Shown one piece after another: positions 1-13,107 of a DNA stretch of 64,000 bases; positions within the stretch are counted from its first letter, which is position 1; the number at the start of each line of letters is the position of its first letter. The stretch spans positions 310,001 through 374,000 of the forward strand of contig CP120463.1 in assembly GCA_034226945.1 (NCBI GenBank), written 5' to 3'. Below the pieces are notes generated by a model. It made no database searches. It saw only the letters and a program-made list of their open reading frames with translations, and had not been told where the DNA came from. Origin of the DNA: Picochlorum sp. SENEW3 (taxonomy: Eukaryota). The position numbers and the translations under genes are program-made.

Positions 1-104
1 AATATATAACATAAGATTACATCACCGACCACAGCACCAGATATGCCTCAGAGAGAAGATTATGTATGATCAGTAGGGTGATGCTGGAAACCAGCAGCAC
101 ACCT

Positions 105-892
105 TCATCTGACACGCATGAATGAGAAGAAGTTCTCATCATTGGCACACTGGTTGTACAGGAAGAAAGACTGGGCAGGAAACATACCTATCTTCGTCAG
201 TAATAGTCAGTGTATCGTCAAAAGATCCCATGACCGCACTCTCCATATCGAAAAACATGTGACCCTGTTCCTCCTCAGCATCACTGTCTGGATTCCTCAA
301 AGCCCCATCACACATGGCTTTGAACATGGCCTCCAACTCTTCTGCACTCGATGAAAACATGTGCACTTCTCTCAATTCTTCTTCTTCTTCTTCTGATGCG
401 TAATCATCATGATCATTGTCGCCAGTGTCAATTTGAAGATACAAGCATTGGGAGAGAGGAGATTCGTACTTGTGTGGGCAGTCAGCAAGAGCAGACAGAC
501 TCACATGTTTGAAAGGAATCACCAACTCATCACCACCTCTCCATACAATATCCCTACACAAATATGTACATTCACAGATGAAGATGTTTGTATATATATA
601 CTACTAGGATGAGACAGACAGACAGACAGACAATATCCTGGGGATGATAATACTAATGAGAGCAGCAATCACACATGCACCAATGATTGTTCACCCACCT
701 TTCTCGTATACATAACCTTCCAACACCTTTATCCTCATCATTATTACCTATAAATCTAATAGTATCAAATTCATGCTCCTCAAATGGCAGTTCTCCCGAT
801 GCGTCGGCATCCATCCCATGATGATGCAATGCATCCGGCGCTGGCCCTTCTTCTTTTTCTTTTGCTTCTTCTCGAATATCGTTGACCATCAT
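105..892 (-). CDS. ICLN: pICln / chloride conductance regulatory protein (Voldacs domain; snRNP assembly chaperone), spliced
   Basis: Exon 892-699 (…GVGRLCIRE), GT-AG intron 698-554, exon 553-188 with 'SLSAL…CLYLQID…LEAMFKAMCDGALRNPD' typical of ICln. The last exon (108-105) and stop are uncertain. Confidence 0.8.
612..632 (+). repeat. (GACA)n microsatellite within the ICln intron
   Basis: agacagacagacagacagaca seen directly. Confidence 0.85.
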
Positions 893-1125
893 TCACTCTA
901 TATAAATTATAAGTAGTGTGAATTCCGCATGGATGTGCTCATTGATTGAAGATCCTTCAAGGAAGGCTTCTCTGTGTTTTATTGTTTTAATTAACAGACA
1001 AACGAAGACTCCAGACAATTAAAGCATCCCTGAGAATCACACAACCCAGGAGTGCTTCGATCCATGTAAAGTACAAATACAACACATATATTGTATCATT
1101 CAGAGTGGCTGTATCGTATGCAGAG

Positions 1126-2344
1126 ATGAGGTCTCTGCAATCAACCCTCTCCCAACTTCGGTGCGTTCTTTCTTTACCCTTACTGTTCCCATCGCATGCC
1201 ACCATTCGATATACACGAGAATACATGTGATACCGAATACAGCAGCATCGATGATGGGTGGTTGGGTCATCGGGTGGACCAACATGTCACATGACTGGAT
1301 TTGGAATATGTATGCAGAGGGTGTCTTCGGAGCGCATCATCATCATCATCGCCCCTTGTCCATACCGATTCAGTAGTAGCTGTTATCAATGGCATGACAC
1401 AGCACGAGTCGATGGGAGCGCCTGGCATGAAATGGTTCTCTTCTCAAGGACAAGAGTCAACCCCAGCAGTCTTTGTGGATAAGAATACCCGCGTGATTTG
1501 CCAAGGGTTCACCGGTAAGAATGGAACATTTCATTCTGAGCAAGCTATAGAGTATGGAACAAAGATGGTTGGCGGCGTGACGCCGAAAAAGGGGGGTACA
1601 ACCCACCTGGGGCTTCCTGTGTTTAATACAGTGAGAGAGGCAAAGGAGGCCACGGGGGCAAACGCGACTGCCATATACGTGCCACCTCCTTTTGCAGCAG
1701 CTGCGATTCTTGAAGCTGTGGAAGCAGAGTTAGACCTTGTTGTATGCATTACGGAAGGTATTCCACAGCATGATATGGTCAAGGTGAAGAGGATTATGCA
1801 GGAGCAGAGCAAGACCAGGTTGATTGGGCCTAATTGTCCGGGTATTATCAAGCCAGGGGAGTGTAAAATTGGAATTATGCCTGGATATATTCATACACCG
1901 GGTAAAATCGGTATTGTATCCAGATCTGGAACGTTGACATATGAAGCTGTGTTTCAGACCACACAGGAAGGACTTGGGCAGAGCACTGTCGTAGGTATCG
2001 GAGGCGATCCCTTCAATGGAACAAACTTTGTCGACTGTCTGGAAAAATTCATGAAGGATGATCAGACGGAAGGAATCATCATGATTGGAGAGATTGGAGG
2101 CACAGCAGAAGAAGAAGCTGCAGAGTATATCAAATCATGTGGTGTCAATAAGCCAGTCGTGTCCTTTATTGCTGGATTGACAGCGCCACCAGGGAGAAGA
2201 ATGGGTCATGCCGGTGCCATTATTTCAGGCGGAAAGGGTACCGCATCTGATAAAATTGCTGCATTGCATGCAGCAGGGGTGGCTGTTACAGAGTCTCCAG
2301 CCCAAATGGGTACTCTGATGGCCAAAATGATGGCCTCGTCCTAA
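1126..2344 (+). CDS. SUCLG1: Succinyl-CoA ligase alpha subunit, mitochondrial
   Basis: Motifs [32 protein letters not shown] and MGHAGA. Exon 1 (1126-1160, [12 protein letters not shown]) joins in frame through GT-AG intron 1161-1317, giving a presequence-like N-terminus. Confidence 0.97.
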
Positions 2345-2379
2345 AATATCTTGATATATTTTTGATGTATAGTACATAG

Positions 2380-3240
2380 ATGAAAATACACATGTTGCGA
2401 GGCTCGACCGTGTCGTTACAGGTCGCTCCTGTGCAGACTCGTCGCCATGCGACCAGACTGTCCCAATCTCTTCGAACACCGCGTACCTTGAATATGAACA
2501 AACATAGTTTTAGAAGAAGGAGAATCTATCCATCGAGGAAGAGAGGGATGACATGCAAGGCCATGGTGAATGTCGACGTCAGTCCCTCGGTCATTCTTGG
2601 CGTTGGCCTTATTGGCTCTGGAGTGTCTCTTTGGCAGATCAGACAGTCAAAACCATGGATTAGTAAAGACTATGATGTCGTTATATCATGTATATCGTTG
2701 CTTGTGGGAGGTATTCTTATATTTCAGGGTTGGCGTTTAGACCCACTGTTGCTGTTTGGGCAGCTCATGACGACTGGCGCGGCGTTGAGCTTTGCTGTGG
2801 AAGCTCTGCGGTTGAGGAATGAAGTGTATGAGCAGGATGAAGAGAAGGCGTTGCGGGATGCCATGCGTAGAACATCAGAGGCACCAAGGCAGCAGAGTGA
2901 GACACTGTTGCCTCCCCCTCCCCCTCAGGGGTATGACGAGTATCCGTATTCTCTGAACGATGAGGATGCGTACGAGTATAGTCGTGCTTCTTCGTATGGA
3001 TTTGGTTCGATAGGGAGACGGGATGGGGGACCCCAGGGGTATGCTGATGATGATGGGTACATTGATGCTGATTACTATGATGCTTCTTCCACCATGGTGT
3101 ATCCACCGTATGACAACGAAGATGATAGTAGAAACCGCAGTAGTGATAGTAACAGTGATGTTAGTAGGAGAGGTCGTCAGCCTCCGCCGTTCCAACCTCG
3201 ATCGAATCTGGATGACTTGGGGGAGAATGATGACTTTTGA
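2380..3240 (+). CDS. ycf66: Ycf66-family membrane protein, nucleus-encoded with transit-peptide-like N-terminus
   Basis: 'MVNVD…SKDYDVV…GGILIFQGWRLDPLLLFGQ' is the Ycf66 N-terminal signature. It is preceded by an R/S/T-rich extension and followed by an acidic/Pro-rich tail. Confidence 0.85.
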   Translation: MKIHMLRGSTVSLQVAPVQTRRHATRLSQSLRTPRTLNMNKHSFRRRRIYPSRKRGMTCKAMVNVDVSPSVILGVGLIGSGVSLWQIRQSKPWISKDYDVVISCISLLVGGILIFQGWRLDPLLLFGQLMTTGAALSFAVEALRLRNEVYEQDEEKALRDAMRRTSEAPRQQSETLLPPPPPQGYDEYPYSLNDEDAYEYSRASSYGFGSIGRRDGGPQGYADDDGYIDADYYDASSTMVYPPYDNEDDSRNRSSDSNSDVSRRGRQPPPFQPRSNLDDLGENDDF

Positions 3241-3544
3241 ATGCCATTGTAACACACTTGTTGTATAGTATAATAATCATTCTTGATGACTTTTCAAGAA
3301 TCACTTTATATATATGACATTTTCACTGTGATCATATATATATATAGACTGCGGATGCTGCTGCTGTAGTCATGATACAGGTACTCTTCCACTGATGTTG
3401 ACGATGGTAACAGTCCTGCATCTCTGAAGAGACAGACAGAGTGATGACCGATTTGCAGCCACTCGTCCATAGAAATCTGCCGATCGAGCAATGTGCTCTA
3501 CAGAATTAATTCATCAAGTATCAATACCCATTAATTATATAACA

Positions 3545-4515
3545 ATGCAGTGTTCTCTTCTCTCTGGTCGCGTCGTGAGCGCTTTGCCAAGCAAAGCAAG
3601 GTGGATCAAGAGCACCCAGCGACATGCAGCAACCACGCGATGCCTAGCTGTTGCAAAGCCAACAGATACGCTGGAGAATGAAGTATCTAAGGAAATGAGC
3701 AACATCGGCGTGTCCGATGCCAGCGATTCCAATGGAGTCGTGATGCCAGCTGCTGTGGCTTCGACTCTCTTGTATCCCTTGGTCATGAGCGACCCTGCTC
3801 TCGCCATTGGACGCGAATACGGAATCGTAGAGGGTCAAATTTTCTCTCTGATGCATCCTGCGTTCATGTTCTTCCTCCTTGGAGCATCATTGTATGCTGG
3901 ATATCTTGGATTCCAGTGGAGACGAGTTCGTGAGTTGGGTACAGAAATCAAGGGCCTCAAGGCTCAGAGGGATGCCTCTGCTCCAAAGTCTGAAGAAGGG
4001 GCTGAGCGACCAGCGTCTCCATTGGATGGGACGATTGCATCACTTGAAAGCGTACGTGCAGTTTGTTTCCTTCATGTGTGGCTGCACAATTGAGTGACTG
4101 TCTGTACCACAAACCATGGATGGATGGATGCAACAAAAGCTTATACTCATATACTGTATCACGTACTTACATGCAGGAGAGAAAAGATCTGATTGGACAG
4201 AAATTGAACGACAAGCATCACAACTGGGGATCTCTCATCCTCGGACTCGGCGTGCTGATGGCCATTGGTGGCCCTTGCAACACATTCCTCCGAACAGGAA
4301 AGCTCTTCCCAGGACCACACTTGTATGCAGGAGCAGGTATGGTGGTGCTCTGGGCTATGGCTGCCGCTCTCGTACCTTCCATGCAAAAGGGTAACGATAC
4401 CGCCCGAAGCCTCCACATCGGATTCAACGCCATCAACATTGGTCTGTTTTTGTGGCAAGTGCCCACAGGCCTCGAGATTGTAGCAAAGGTGTTCCAGTTC
4501 ACAACACTCCCATGA
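3545..4515 (+). CDS. DUF4079-family plastid membrane protein, 2 exons
   Basis: 'MHPAFM…LYAGYLGFQWRRVR' and 'HHNWGS…GKLFPGPHLYAG…ARSLH' match DUF4079. Intron 4052-4176 joins the two ORFs in frame. Transit-like N-terminus. Confidence 0.85.
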
Positions 4516-4824
4516 GCAGATGAATGTCCCATTCTCTGTATAATAATACTGCAGTTTTCCTTGTAATAACGCATACATTTCTTCGTTTTGTTCTGTGTGA
4601 GATGGCGTGCATCCTGCCTGAGAATCAATCAATCAATACAAAGTTGCACCAAAGAAGATGGGTTTTTAATTGCACCTGCAGGACAAACTCGTGTGATTTT
4701 AGAATCCTTCAGTTGTGCGGAAAATCCTATCAAAACCACGCCATCCGCGGAGATGCGTCATTAAAATTATTATAACAATGATGTTACAGTAGTTTCAGGT
4801 AGAATAGGAATAGTGATCGCAAAG

Positions 4825-7800
4825 ATGACGACGAAAGAGGAAGTACTCGATCGTTTGAAAGTTTTCTTTGAGGAGAACAGTACGTTGGATCATGTGCCCG
4901 ATGACTCGTTTTCTATGCGTTTGTGGTTCTCATAATTGTTACCACCATGTGTTTATAGACCTTACATTCGAACCTGGATGGGACGTTGATATCAAACTGC
5001 GCAAGGGAGGCAATTCCGCTGGGACTAGCGATGTGGTAGGTTTTTGTGGGTTTTAATGGCATTTATTGATATATTTTGATGTATTTGTATCTATACAGTA
5101 CTATTTTTCTCCGAGTGGAAAGCGATTTCGGTCGAGGACAGAAGTACGTGTTATTTTGAACAAGTCCTTGTTGACTGTCCAGTTTCTCATGATTTTGGTA
5201 TGCCTGGCACATGTTGCAGATTGCGAGAGAATTTGGAATACAAGTGGCAAGGACCAAAAATACTCAGAAAGAAGATGCTGTACATGAGCCATTTAGTCGG
5301 GAACAAAGCAAGCAAGCTGCCAGGCTATTTGCAGCTGAGCATCCTTTGCCACTCAGGCTGCTGCGGGATGTCAAGGTGGTTCAGTTTGGATCTCCTTCAA
5401 GAGAGTTCTCAACAGAGGATAATTTAGTTTTGCTGAACTATCGGTCTCGTTGGGCAGATGCACAGAGCAAAGTTGTGTTTGAGAGTAGGGTAGAGGAGGG
5501 CGATGGGAAGAGCCCATCGTATAATGTGTATGCGATCGACACGAACGACGAAGGAAAGAAACTGAGATATCCTTTAGCGAAAGGCTCAAGTCCAGATGAC
5601 GTGTGGAACAAAGTAGCCGAGCGACAACGACATATTTTGCACAAGGAGAAGCGACTGCAGGATGGGGGCCAGCAATGCGCATCTCCAGGTGGAAGTTCTG
5701 GATCCGCCGTGGATGGGATATTGAAAAAGTGCTCTCATCTTTCCAGTATATGGGGATTGGAAAAGTTTGGATTTATCGATTTGACGTGTTTGAAGGCTAT
5801 GGAGGGTCAGGATGGGGTTGAGGACACGAGATACACGTATGTCAATGAGAGGCATGGTTGGGTTCAACAGCAAATGCGATTGCGTGAGTTACTTTCCCAG
5901 AGAGGACAGAAACTTCGTTTGAAGCCTAGATCAAAGCCATCTGGTGAAAGTAAAGTGAATGACAGGGTTGTGGAGAGGCTTGTTGAGACCATGGTGAAAA
6001 AGGTGTGCACACTGCATGAGAAGTATGAGGCAAAAGTAGCTAGACAGGAAGAACGAGCGCGTAAAAGAGAGTTAAAGAAGCAGGAAAATAAAAAGAAAAA
6101 GAAAGAGAAGCCTGTAAATAACAAGGAGCCAATAGAGGATACAGAACTGCCGGGGTGGGAGTCTGTGCCCCCAGCTGCTGTGCCATTGTCCTCACTCGTC
6201 ACCTCAGAGCTCACGGTCGATGAATCCAGCGCATCCTATCTTATAGAAGCATGGTTACTTGCGTATCGATTTCGAAAGATGCTGTTTCTCGATGCGAAAA
6301 CCTTTCCCAGTATGCAGGACATGGCAAAATGGTACTACCAGGATGCTGAGCCTGGCACAGAGAGGGAGATCTGTCCAATCATGAATGCATTCATCGAATT
6401 TCTGACGAATGACCTGTGCGAAAGTGCTTTAGATGCAATTTTAGATGGAAATGATGCGCTGAAACGGATCGATTTCGCCCCAGGTACTCGAAGTGCTCAT
6501 GTGATTATGAACACAAAAAACAACTGGCAAGATGTGCTGCATCGATATCTCTTCATCGTAGCCATGGCGGCAGGGTTGTCACACAATGAGAAAGTTCACT
6601 ATATCAACTATCCAATGGAGTATGTACATCCCCACCACATTATGGAATCGATGACGTCGGGCCCAACAGGCTTGGAAGTAGCAACCGGTGATTTAAACCC
6701 ATTGCTTCCAAAGGAGGCGGAATGGAGGATACGCGCAAGGCGAGATGCTCTTTGCTGTCTAGAATCTATGAAACTTGCTAGAGATGGTAGTTTAAACGGG
6801 GCAGCAGATGATGTTTTGCGCAAAAAGGATAAGGCACTACGACTGATTTTTGAAGCATTGTTCCATACAACATCAGAGAGCGGTGGAAAGTTTGTAGATG
6901 TGTGTTTCGATGGACAAGATGCTGCTTTGGAGGCCCGACATGGAATACCAATAGATTTTTCCCTCATAGCAGCGAAAGTGGAATGCATGGTGTATCAGTT
7001 GGAGACTGATTGGCTGAATAGTTTTGCTGCTGACCTGTTTTACGCATGGAAGATGCTGAGGACAGCTCTCCAAAGAGAAGGCAACACGTTCGGAAGTGAC
7101 AAGGTGGTTGGTCGAAAGCAAGATGTGCTCAATAACATTTTGATATATCTCAGAGATATCGTAGACTATGCGAATGCACACGACCTTGATCAAGTATTGG
7201 CAAAGTTGGAATCAGACAACTCTGCTACCGACAATGATACAGCTGAACTTATTCCGCGCAATATCAGCCCTTCAAACCAACATTGCTTCATTTGCTGGTT
7301 AAATCAAGATCAAGAATCATTCGAAGCGTGCATGTCTTGTGGTAAGCTTGCGCATGGTGACTGTTTGACACGGGAAGATGAACTTGGATGCTCAAGGCAA
7401 TCTAAAACTCCAGGTGAATACCTCTGTCTACTATGTAGCTCTCAGAAACATAGTCCCATGGAAAGAAGAGAAAATTATATCAGATTTCCCGGATCATATG
7501 GACAGTTGTGGACATTGGTGAGGGACTTGGGTGATTCTGCAATTGACACATGGACACCATCACACCGGCTCGAGCTACTTCGTATGCTAACCTTGCTCTT
7601 GTCTGAACACCCATCTATTCGAGAGGTGTTACATAATGAAGAGGAAAAGTATAAAAATCTTAGAAAGACTTTGGCAGCCGCCAAAAATGAACTCAAAGCA
7701 ATTCAGTCTGGGAAACAGCAAGAGGCAACAGAGGAGAAGAGCATCAGACAAGCCAGAGAAGAAGAGATTATGAAAGAAAAGCTTGTGATGAAAATATCAA

Positions 7801-8864
7801 AGGCAGAGGAAGATGTCAAGTATGTTCCCAAACGCAGAATGACCGCACTGGGCGTCGACAGGCATTGGAACAGATACTGGCCTCTGCCAAACATGTTGCT
7901 ACACAGCAAAGAACCATGCATCTTGGTTGAAAAGGTTTCCAGCTCTACAGAACCATCTCTTTATGTCTATGATAGTTTGGAAATCATTGAGGAATTATCT
8001 GAATTTCTCAATCCCGCAGGACAACGAGAGCATTCCCTCAAAGCAGAGATTGATCGCTTCACCAAGGATTGGACAGCAATGGATGACCAGCAGCAAAGCA
8101 AACCAGAACAGGAAGAACCACCAATGGTTGACAGTCCCATGGAATTAGAAATCGAGTCAGATATGGATCGTTTCAAAACAGCACTGATCGACTATGCGCA
8201 GAGCCTGCCAAAAAGAGTGTATCATGAAATCCGTGGCACGCCACATATCCAGGAGCAATGGACCAATGGCGTACAATCCATAACAGCTCACCAACAAGCA
8301 TTAGCATACGTCATTCTTTTCGAACGTATGATTGACGCATCTTGCTTCAAGGTTCACTGGAGACTCTGGGCAGTCCCTGCCCCACACCCGTTGGGTGTGA
8401 CCACCCTCTCAGCAGCATGGAACAGACTGGAAAATCTGAAAAAGGCCATCAAACCTTCAGTAAATCAAAGCTACAGCCTCTCCATGATGCGTATTGAAGA
8501 TATCGATGATGACAAAGGACATCATGAACCACCTTCAAGAGTACACTACGACGACTACGCCATGAGAGACGAAGAACTCGCCAAACAGCTGGATGCCGAA
8601 CTGAACCAACGCCGCAGGGGTCGTAGAGCAAGAGAAACCGACTCTGGACGAGGAAAGCGCCCCAGATCTTCTATCAATCTACGAAATGTATCTACAAAAT
8701 ACTATGGAGAGGACGACGAGCCGTCATCAGAATCAGATGAATCATCATCCAGCTATGATACTAGCAGCAGCAGTAGCAGCAGCAGCAGCTCTGAACAGGA
8801 ACTCTCCTCCAAACAAGGCGATGAAGACTCTGACAGTGGCTCCATGGATATTGGTACCGGGTAA
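4825..8864 (+). CDS. MBD9-like chromatin protein (methyl-CpG-binding domain, PHD finger, WHIM/WSD-like region)
   Basis: Exons 4825-4879, 4958-5035, 5099-5143 and 5220-8864 splice to 'EPGWDVDIKLRKGGNSAGTSDVYYFSPSGKRFRSRTEIAREFG' (MBD). C4HC3 PHD near 7280-7440; 'LGVDRHWNRYW' WSD motif; degenerate bromo-like 'PIDFSLIAAKV'. Confidence 0.8.
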
Positions 8865-9155
8865 TTATTATAATAAGAAGACTCATCCATATGCATGGAA
8901 AGTAGTACTATGAGGTCTCAGGCACGAGTGCCTTGCAAGCTTGCAACTTATATATAAGACGTACAAGTCCCAAGTATTCAATAATAATGATTCTTGGGGT
9001 GCCACTCTGCTGTAGCACTGTGATCCCTGGTCATGCACGTAGATCTGTGGGTGGCATATAGCACTAGACGTGTAGTATGTAATTCCAAAAAACAACTATT
9101 GACAGAGTCGTTTTTTTCCTACGTATCACAGATACGTATCACCGAGAGCAAAATA

Positions 9156-10423
9156 ATGCCTTGTAGGATCGCACCAACTCTCAGCTCCAGTGTGGTGCTC
9201 AGAGTCCCAATCCATTCCCTTCAACCAACTATTCGAAATAGATGTAGCAGCACTGCTCAGAATCATTACGGAAATCACAGGGTGCGCTGTGTATAGACTG
9301 TCGGAATTCATGAATCGTTTCTGAATGGAAACACCCTCCTGTTCTTGGGTTTGCATCTGATCTTTCATATTTACATGTCTTTTAGGTTGGAATAAAGCAT
9401 GGATTACCCTCTCGAGTGTCTGAGACGCACGTAGCAGCGCATGCGCAGCATGCAGTCGGGGGAGCAACACCTGATCAGGGTACAAATACTGTAAAAGTGG
9501 GTTTATATATAGTTGGATGGTATGCTTTTAACATCGTGTTCAATATTTTGAACAAGAGCTGTCTGAATGTGTTTCCTGCGCCGTGGTTTCTGGCAACGTT
9601 TCAGTTGTGTGCCAGTGCCGTCTTCATGACTGTTCTTTGGGCGCTTGGGCTTCAACAGCGCCCCAAGGTATCAAAGGAATTGATCCTAGCATTGATACCA
9701 GTTGCATTCTTTCACACGGTCGGCCATGTGTCTGCGTGTGTGTCCTTTTCACAGATGGCAGTGTCGTTTACACATGTGGTGAAATCAGCAGAGCCAGTGC
9801 TCTCTGTGATTCTGTCTCAGCTCGTTCTGAAAGAGACGTATCCATTATATGTGTGGGGATCACTGATGCCGATTATCGCTGGGTGCTCTCTGGCGGCAAT
9901 CAAGGAAGTATCCTTCTCTTGGGGTGGGTTTAACAATGCCATGATTTCAAACTTGGGCATGGTGCTGAGGAATGTGTACTCAAAAAAGTATCTGGATGAG
10001 TTTAAAGATATCGATGGAATCAACATGTTTGCGTTGCTGTCAATCTTTTCCATCTTCATCACGGCCCCAGTCGCACTGGTCATGGAAGGATTCAAAGGAG
10101 GGGTGTACCAGTGGGGAGGCATGGCGGATGCCGCGACAGAAGCGCTAGGAGGGAATTTCACCCTGTTCATGCGCATGGTTATTGGATCTGGAATATTTTA
10201 CCATCTCTATAACCAAGCATCGTATATGGTTCTGGGTCAAGGTATCTCTCCCGTGACTTTTTCTGTAGGAAACACAATGAAGCGTGTCGCTGTGGTGGTC
10301 TCCTCCGTCATCTTTTTCCAAAACCCAGTGTCACCTATGAACTGGGTTGGAAGCATGCTGGCTCTTTTTGGAACCGGTTTGTATTCTGCAGCAAAGCAGA
10401 AGGCGAGCCAGGAGGCCAAATGA
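9156..10423 (+). CDS. Plastidic phosphate translocator (TPT family, GPT/XPT-like), 2 exons
   Basis: Motifs 'WYAFNIVFNILNK', 'VSFTHVVKSAEP', 'FYHLYNQ' and 'TFSVGNTMKRV'. Exon 9156-9281 (transit peptide), intron 9282-9385. Confidence 0.92.
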
Positions 10424-10482
10424 TGCACTAGAATTGGAAATGAATGGTATCTTCTTCTTTTGAGTTTTTACACACATACTAT

Positions 10483-10986
10483 TTACGCACTATCGACTGG
10501 TATTGGGCCAGAACACGTTTCCCCTCTTTCATTCGTTGCAACAATAAAGCATGTCAGTGACGTATCAGCCACACCCCGCACTGTTCCACTCACAACAAGC
10601 GGGGCCTGACCAATTCCCGTTTGCCCTCTACCTGTTATATCCGCTGCGTCCACTGATGTACACAATGTCTGCACGCCTATCGCACAGAATACATTATATG
10701 TCACAGGAGGATGCCTCACAATATCTGGTCGCCACTTTAACGTCACATCATCACCAGTCCTTGTGGCATCCCCAACAAGCTTGGGAACACCTGGCTCCCC
10801 AAACAATGGCGCCCAGCCTGTCTTATCGACGACGCTCTTTTCTTCTTCGAATATTCCTATACCCTGTCGAATGATATCAGAGTCAATCTCTTGAGCGCGG
10901 GTACAAGTACTAGTAGTACTGCTACCTCCGAAAAGACACCAGAGCAAAAAGATGAGGACCATGCAGGATGTCTTGTTCATCATCAT
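10483..10986 (-). CDS. Small secreted protein with a fibronectin-III-like beta-sandwich
   Basis: Hydrophobic signal peptide (MVLIFLLWCLFGG). The pattern 'PGVPKLV…VTLKW…YNVFC…CFIVATNERGE' resembles FN3. Confidence 0.55.
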   Translation of the reverse strand: MMMNKTSCMVLIFLLWCLFGGSSTTSTCTRAQEIDSDIIRQGIGIFEEEKSVVDKTGWAPLFGEPGVPKLVGDATRTGDDVTLKWRPDIVRHPPVTYNVFCAIGVQTLCTSVDAADITGRGQTGIGQAPLVVSGTVRGVADTSLTCFIVATNERGETCSGPIPVDSA

Positions 10987-11293
10987 GACCTTCTTGCTCA
11001 ATCTATCTTTATAGAGCAGGATGATATGTATGTATATAAACAAACAAACTCGGGCTTTCTTCAGTCAGTATCTGTGTTCATGTAAGAAGAAGAATCGGAC
11101 ACGCAGGTTCCATACATCGACCCATATTCGATCTCCCAATGTCATCATGATGATGGCATGAATTTCAGTGCCAAGAAGAAGAAGATCTAGACTGGCATGC
11201 ATGGACCATGCCCATCAAGGAAGAGACATGAACGCTCTTGTTGGTTGGTTGGAATAATTTATATTTATAAATTTATAACACAGACATATATTT

Positions 11294-13107
11294 ATGGCGA
11301 CTTCAAATGCAGAGGTATGTATGCAGAAAAGACGATGATTGAAGAACATCTCTGAAACAAAAAATTAGTACACAGACAGACACGTGTCTTCTGTATGGAG
11401 GTTTTTGTTTGTTTCTCTGATGCATCAACTAGACAGAGTTCAATCAATCAGTATGTGAGTATATGCTGAAAATTCATGATGCTCTGTGTGTAGGGAGCCA
11501 CATCGTGGGCCGATCAAGTGGAGCAAGAGCAAGGCAAGACCGCCAATGTGGCTGGTGCGTTATTCTTACGAAGCATAATCTCCATCTTTTGAGATTTCTG
11601 AAATAAAATTGCATGGTCTGTAGGAGAGAATGACAGTAGTGGTCCTCCGCCAGGATTTGAAACATCAGCCGAGCCTGAGAGCGTGAGTTCATTAGCGGCT
11701 GCGGTTGCAGGGGTGCATGTGGATGAATCAAATGATGATGGGGCTAGTAGTGATTTGAAGCAGCAGGCAAAGCAGGATGAGAGTATGTACTCGAGTGCGA
11801 AGACGTTTGAGGAGCTTGGGTTGAGTAAAGAGTTGTTGCAGGGGTTGTATACGGAGATGAAGTTTGAACGGCCTTCTAGGATTCAAGCAAAGACGCTTCC
11901 TATGATTTTAGAAAAGCCTCATAAGAGTTTGATTGCTCAGGCGCATAATGGAAGTGGGAAGACGACGTGTTTTACGCTTGCGATGCTTTCCAGGGTGGAC
12001 ACGGGGGTCAAGGCTCCACAAGCATTGTGCTTGTGTCCAACTCGAGAGTTGGTGGTGCAGAATCTTGGTGTGTTGGAGAAGATGGGGACATACACTGGTA
12101 TTAGTCTGGCGTCGACGGCGGAGACGAGTACTCCTGGGAATAGGCGTAGAAAGGTTGAAGAGCAGGTGGTGGTGGGAACGCATGGTAAATTAAAGGATTG
12201 GATCAGCAGGCGGATGTTGAATACGCGGACTATGAAGATTCTTGTGTTTGATGAAGCGGATGAGATGCTCAAGGTGTGTCTTTCTTATTATTACTAGTAT
12301 TATTTTTGCTTTGATCTTCCTTCATCTTAAAACATGGAGATTGATTGATTGAGTACCGAGTGTGGTTTTGGATTGCAGCAAGATGGGTTTGCTGATGATT
12401 CTGTGAGGTTGATCAAGCAGCTCAAGGCAGCGGCTCCTGACTTACAGATATTGTTGTTCTCTGCTACATTTAATGAGAATGTGAAGCGATTTGCGCAGAA
12501 GATTGTTCCTGGAGCAAACCATGTGTTTATTGAAAAGGAGGACTTGTCATTGGATGTGATTAAGCAGTACAAGGTTGTGTGTCCAGATGCGTTGGCGAAA
12601 ACAAAGGTGTTAAAGGATATGATTTTCCCGTTGTGTGAGAAACTTGGACAGACAATCATTTTTGTGCGGACTCGAGAGACTGCGAGGAGTCTTCATGCTG
12701 CCATGGAAGAGGATGGTCACAAGTGCACATCAATACAAGGAGGTATGGAGAAGGAGGCGAGAGACAAGGTTGTGAAAGAGTTCAGAGATGGTACAACAAA
12801 GATTTTAATCTCAACGGATGTCCTGTCTCGTGGTTTTGATGTGACACAGGTCACACTTGTCATCAATTATGATGTGCCAACAGAAAGGGACTTGACAACT
12901 CCTGCGTATGAGACGTACTTGCATCGTATTGGTCGAAGTGGAAGATTTGGAAGGAAGGGTGCTGCGTTCAATTTGGTCACTGGAGAAGCAGAGAACAGAA
13001 TATTGAATCAAATTTCGGATTACTTCAAGCATGGCATCCCAGAGGTACCGTGGGATGATGATGACAAATTCGAAGATGTGCTGAGACAGGCTGGATTGAC
13101 AGATTAA
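11294..13107 (+). CDS. DBP5: DEAD-box mRNA export helicase DBP5/LOS4, 4 exons
   Basis: Exons 11294-11314, 11494-11554, 11624-12273 and 12379-13107. Motifs SWADQVE, Q-motif 'FERPSRIQ', AHNGSGKT, PTREL, DEAD, SAT, SRGFD and HRIGRSGRFG. Confidence 0.95.

Noticed and set aside
11433..11450. Possible micro-exon in DBP5 intron 1 (AG…GTATGT)
   Set aside because: Exon 1 and the next exon already join in phase 0 (MATSNAE-GATSWADQV), so it is not needed and has no other support.
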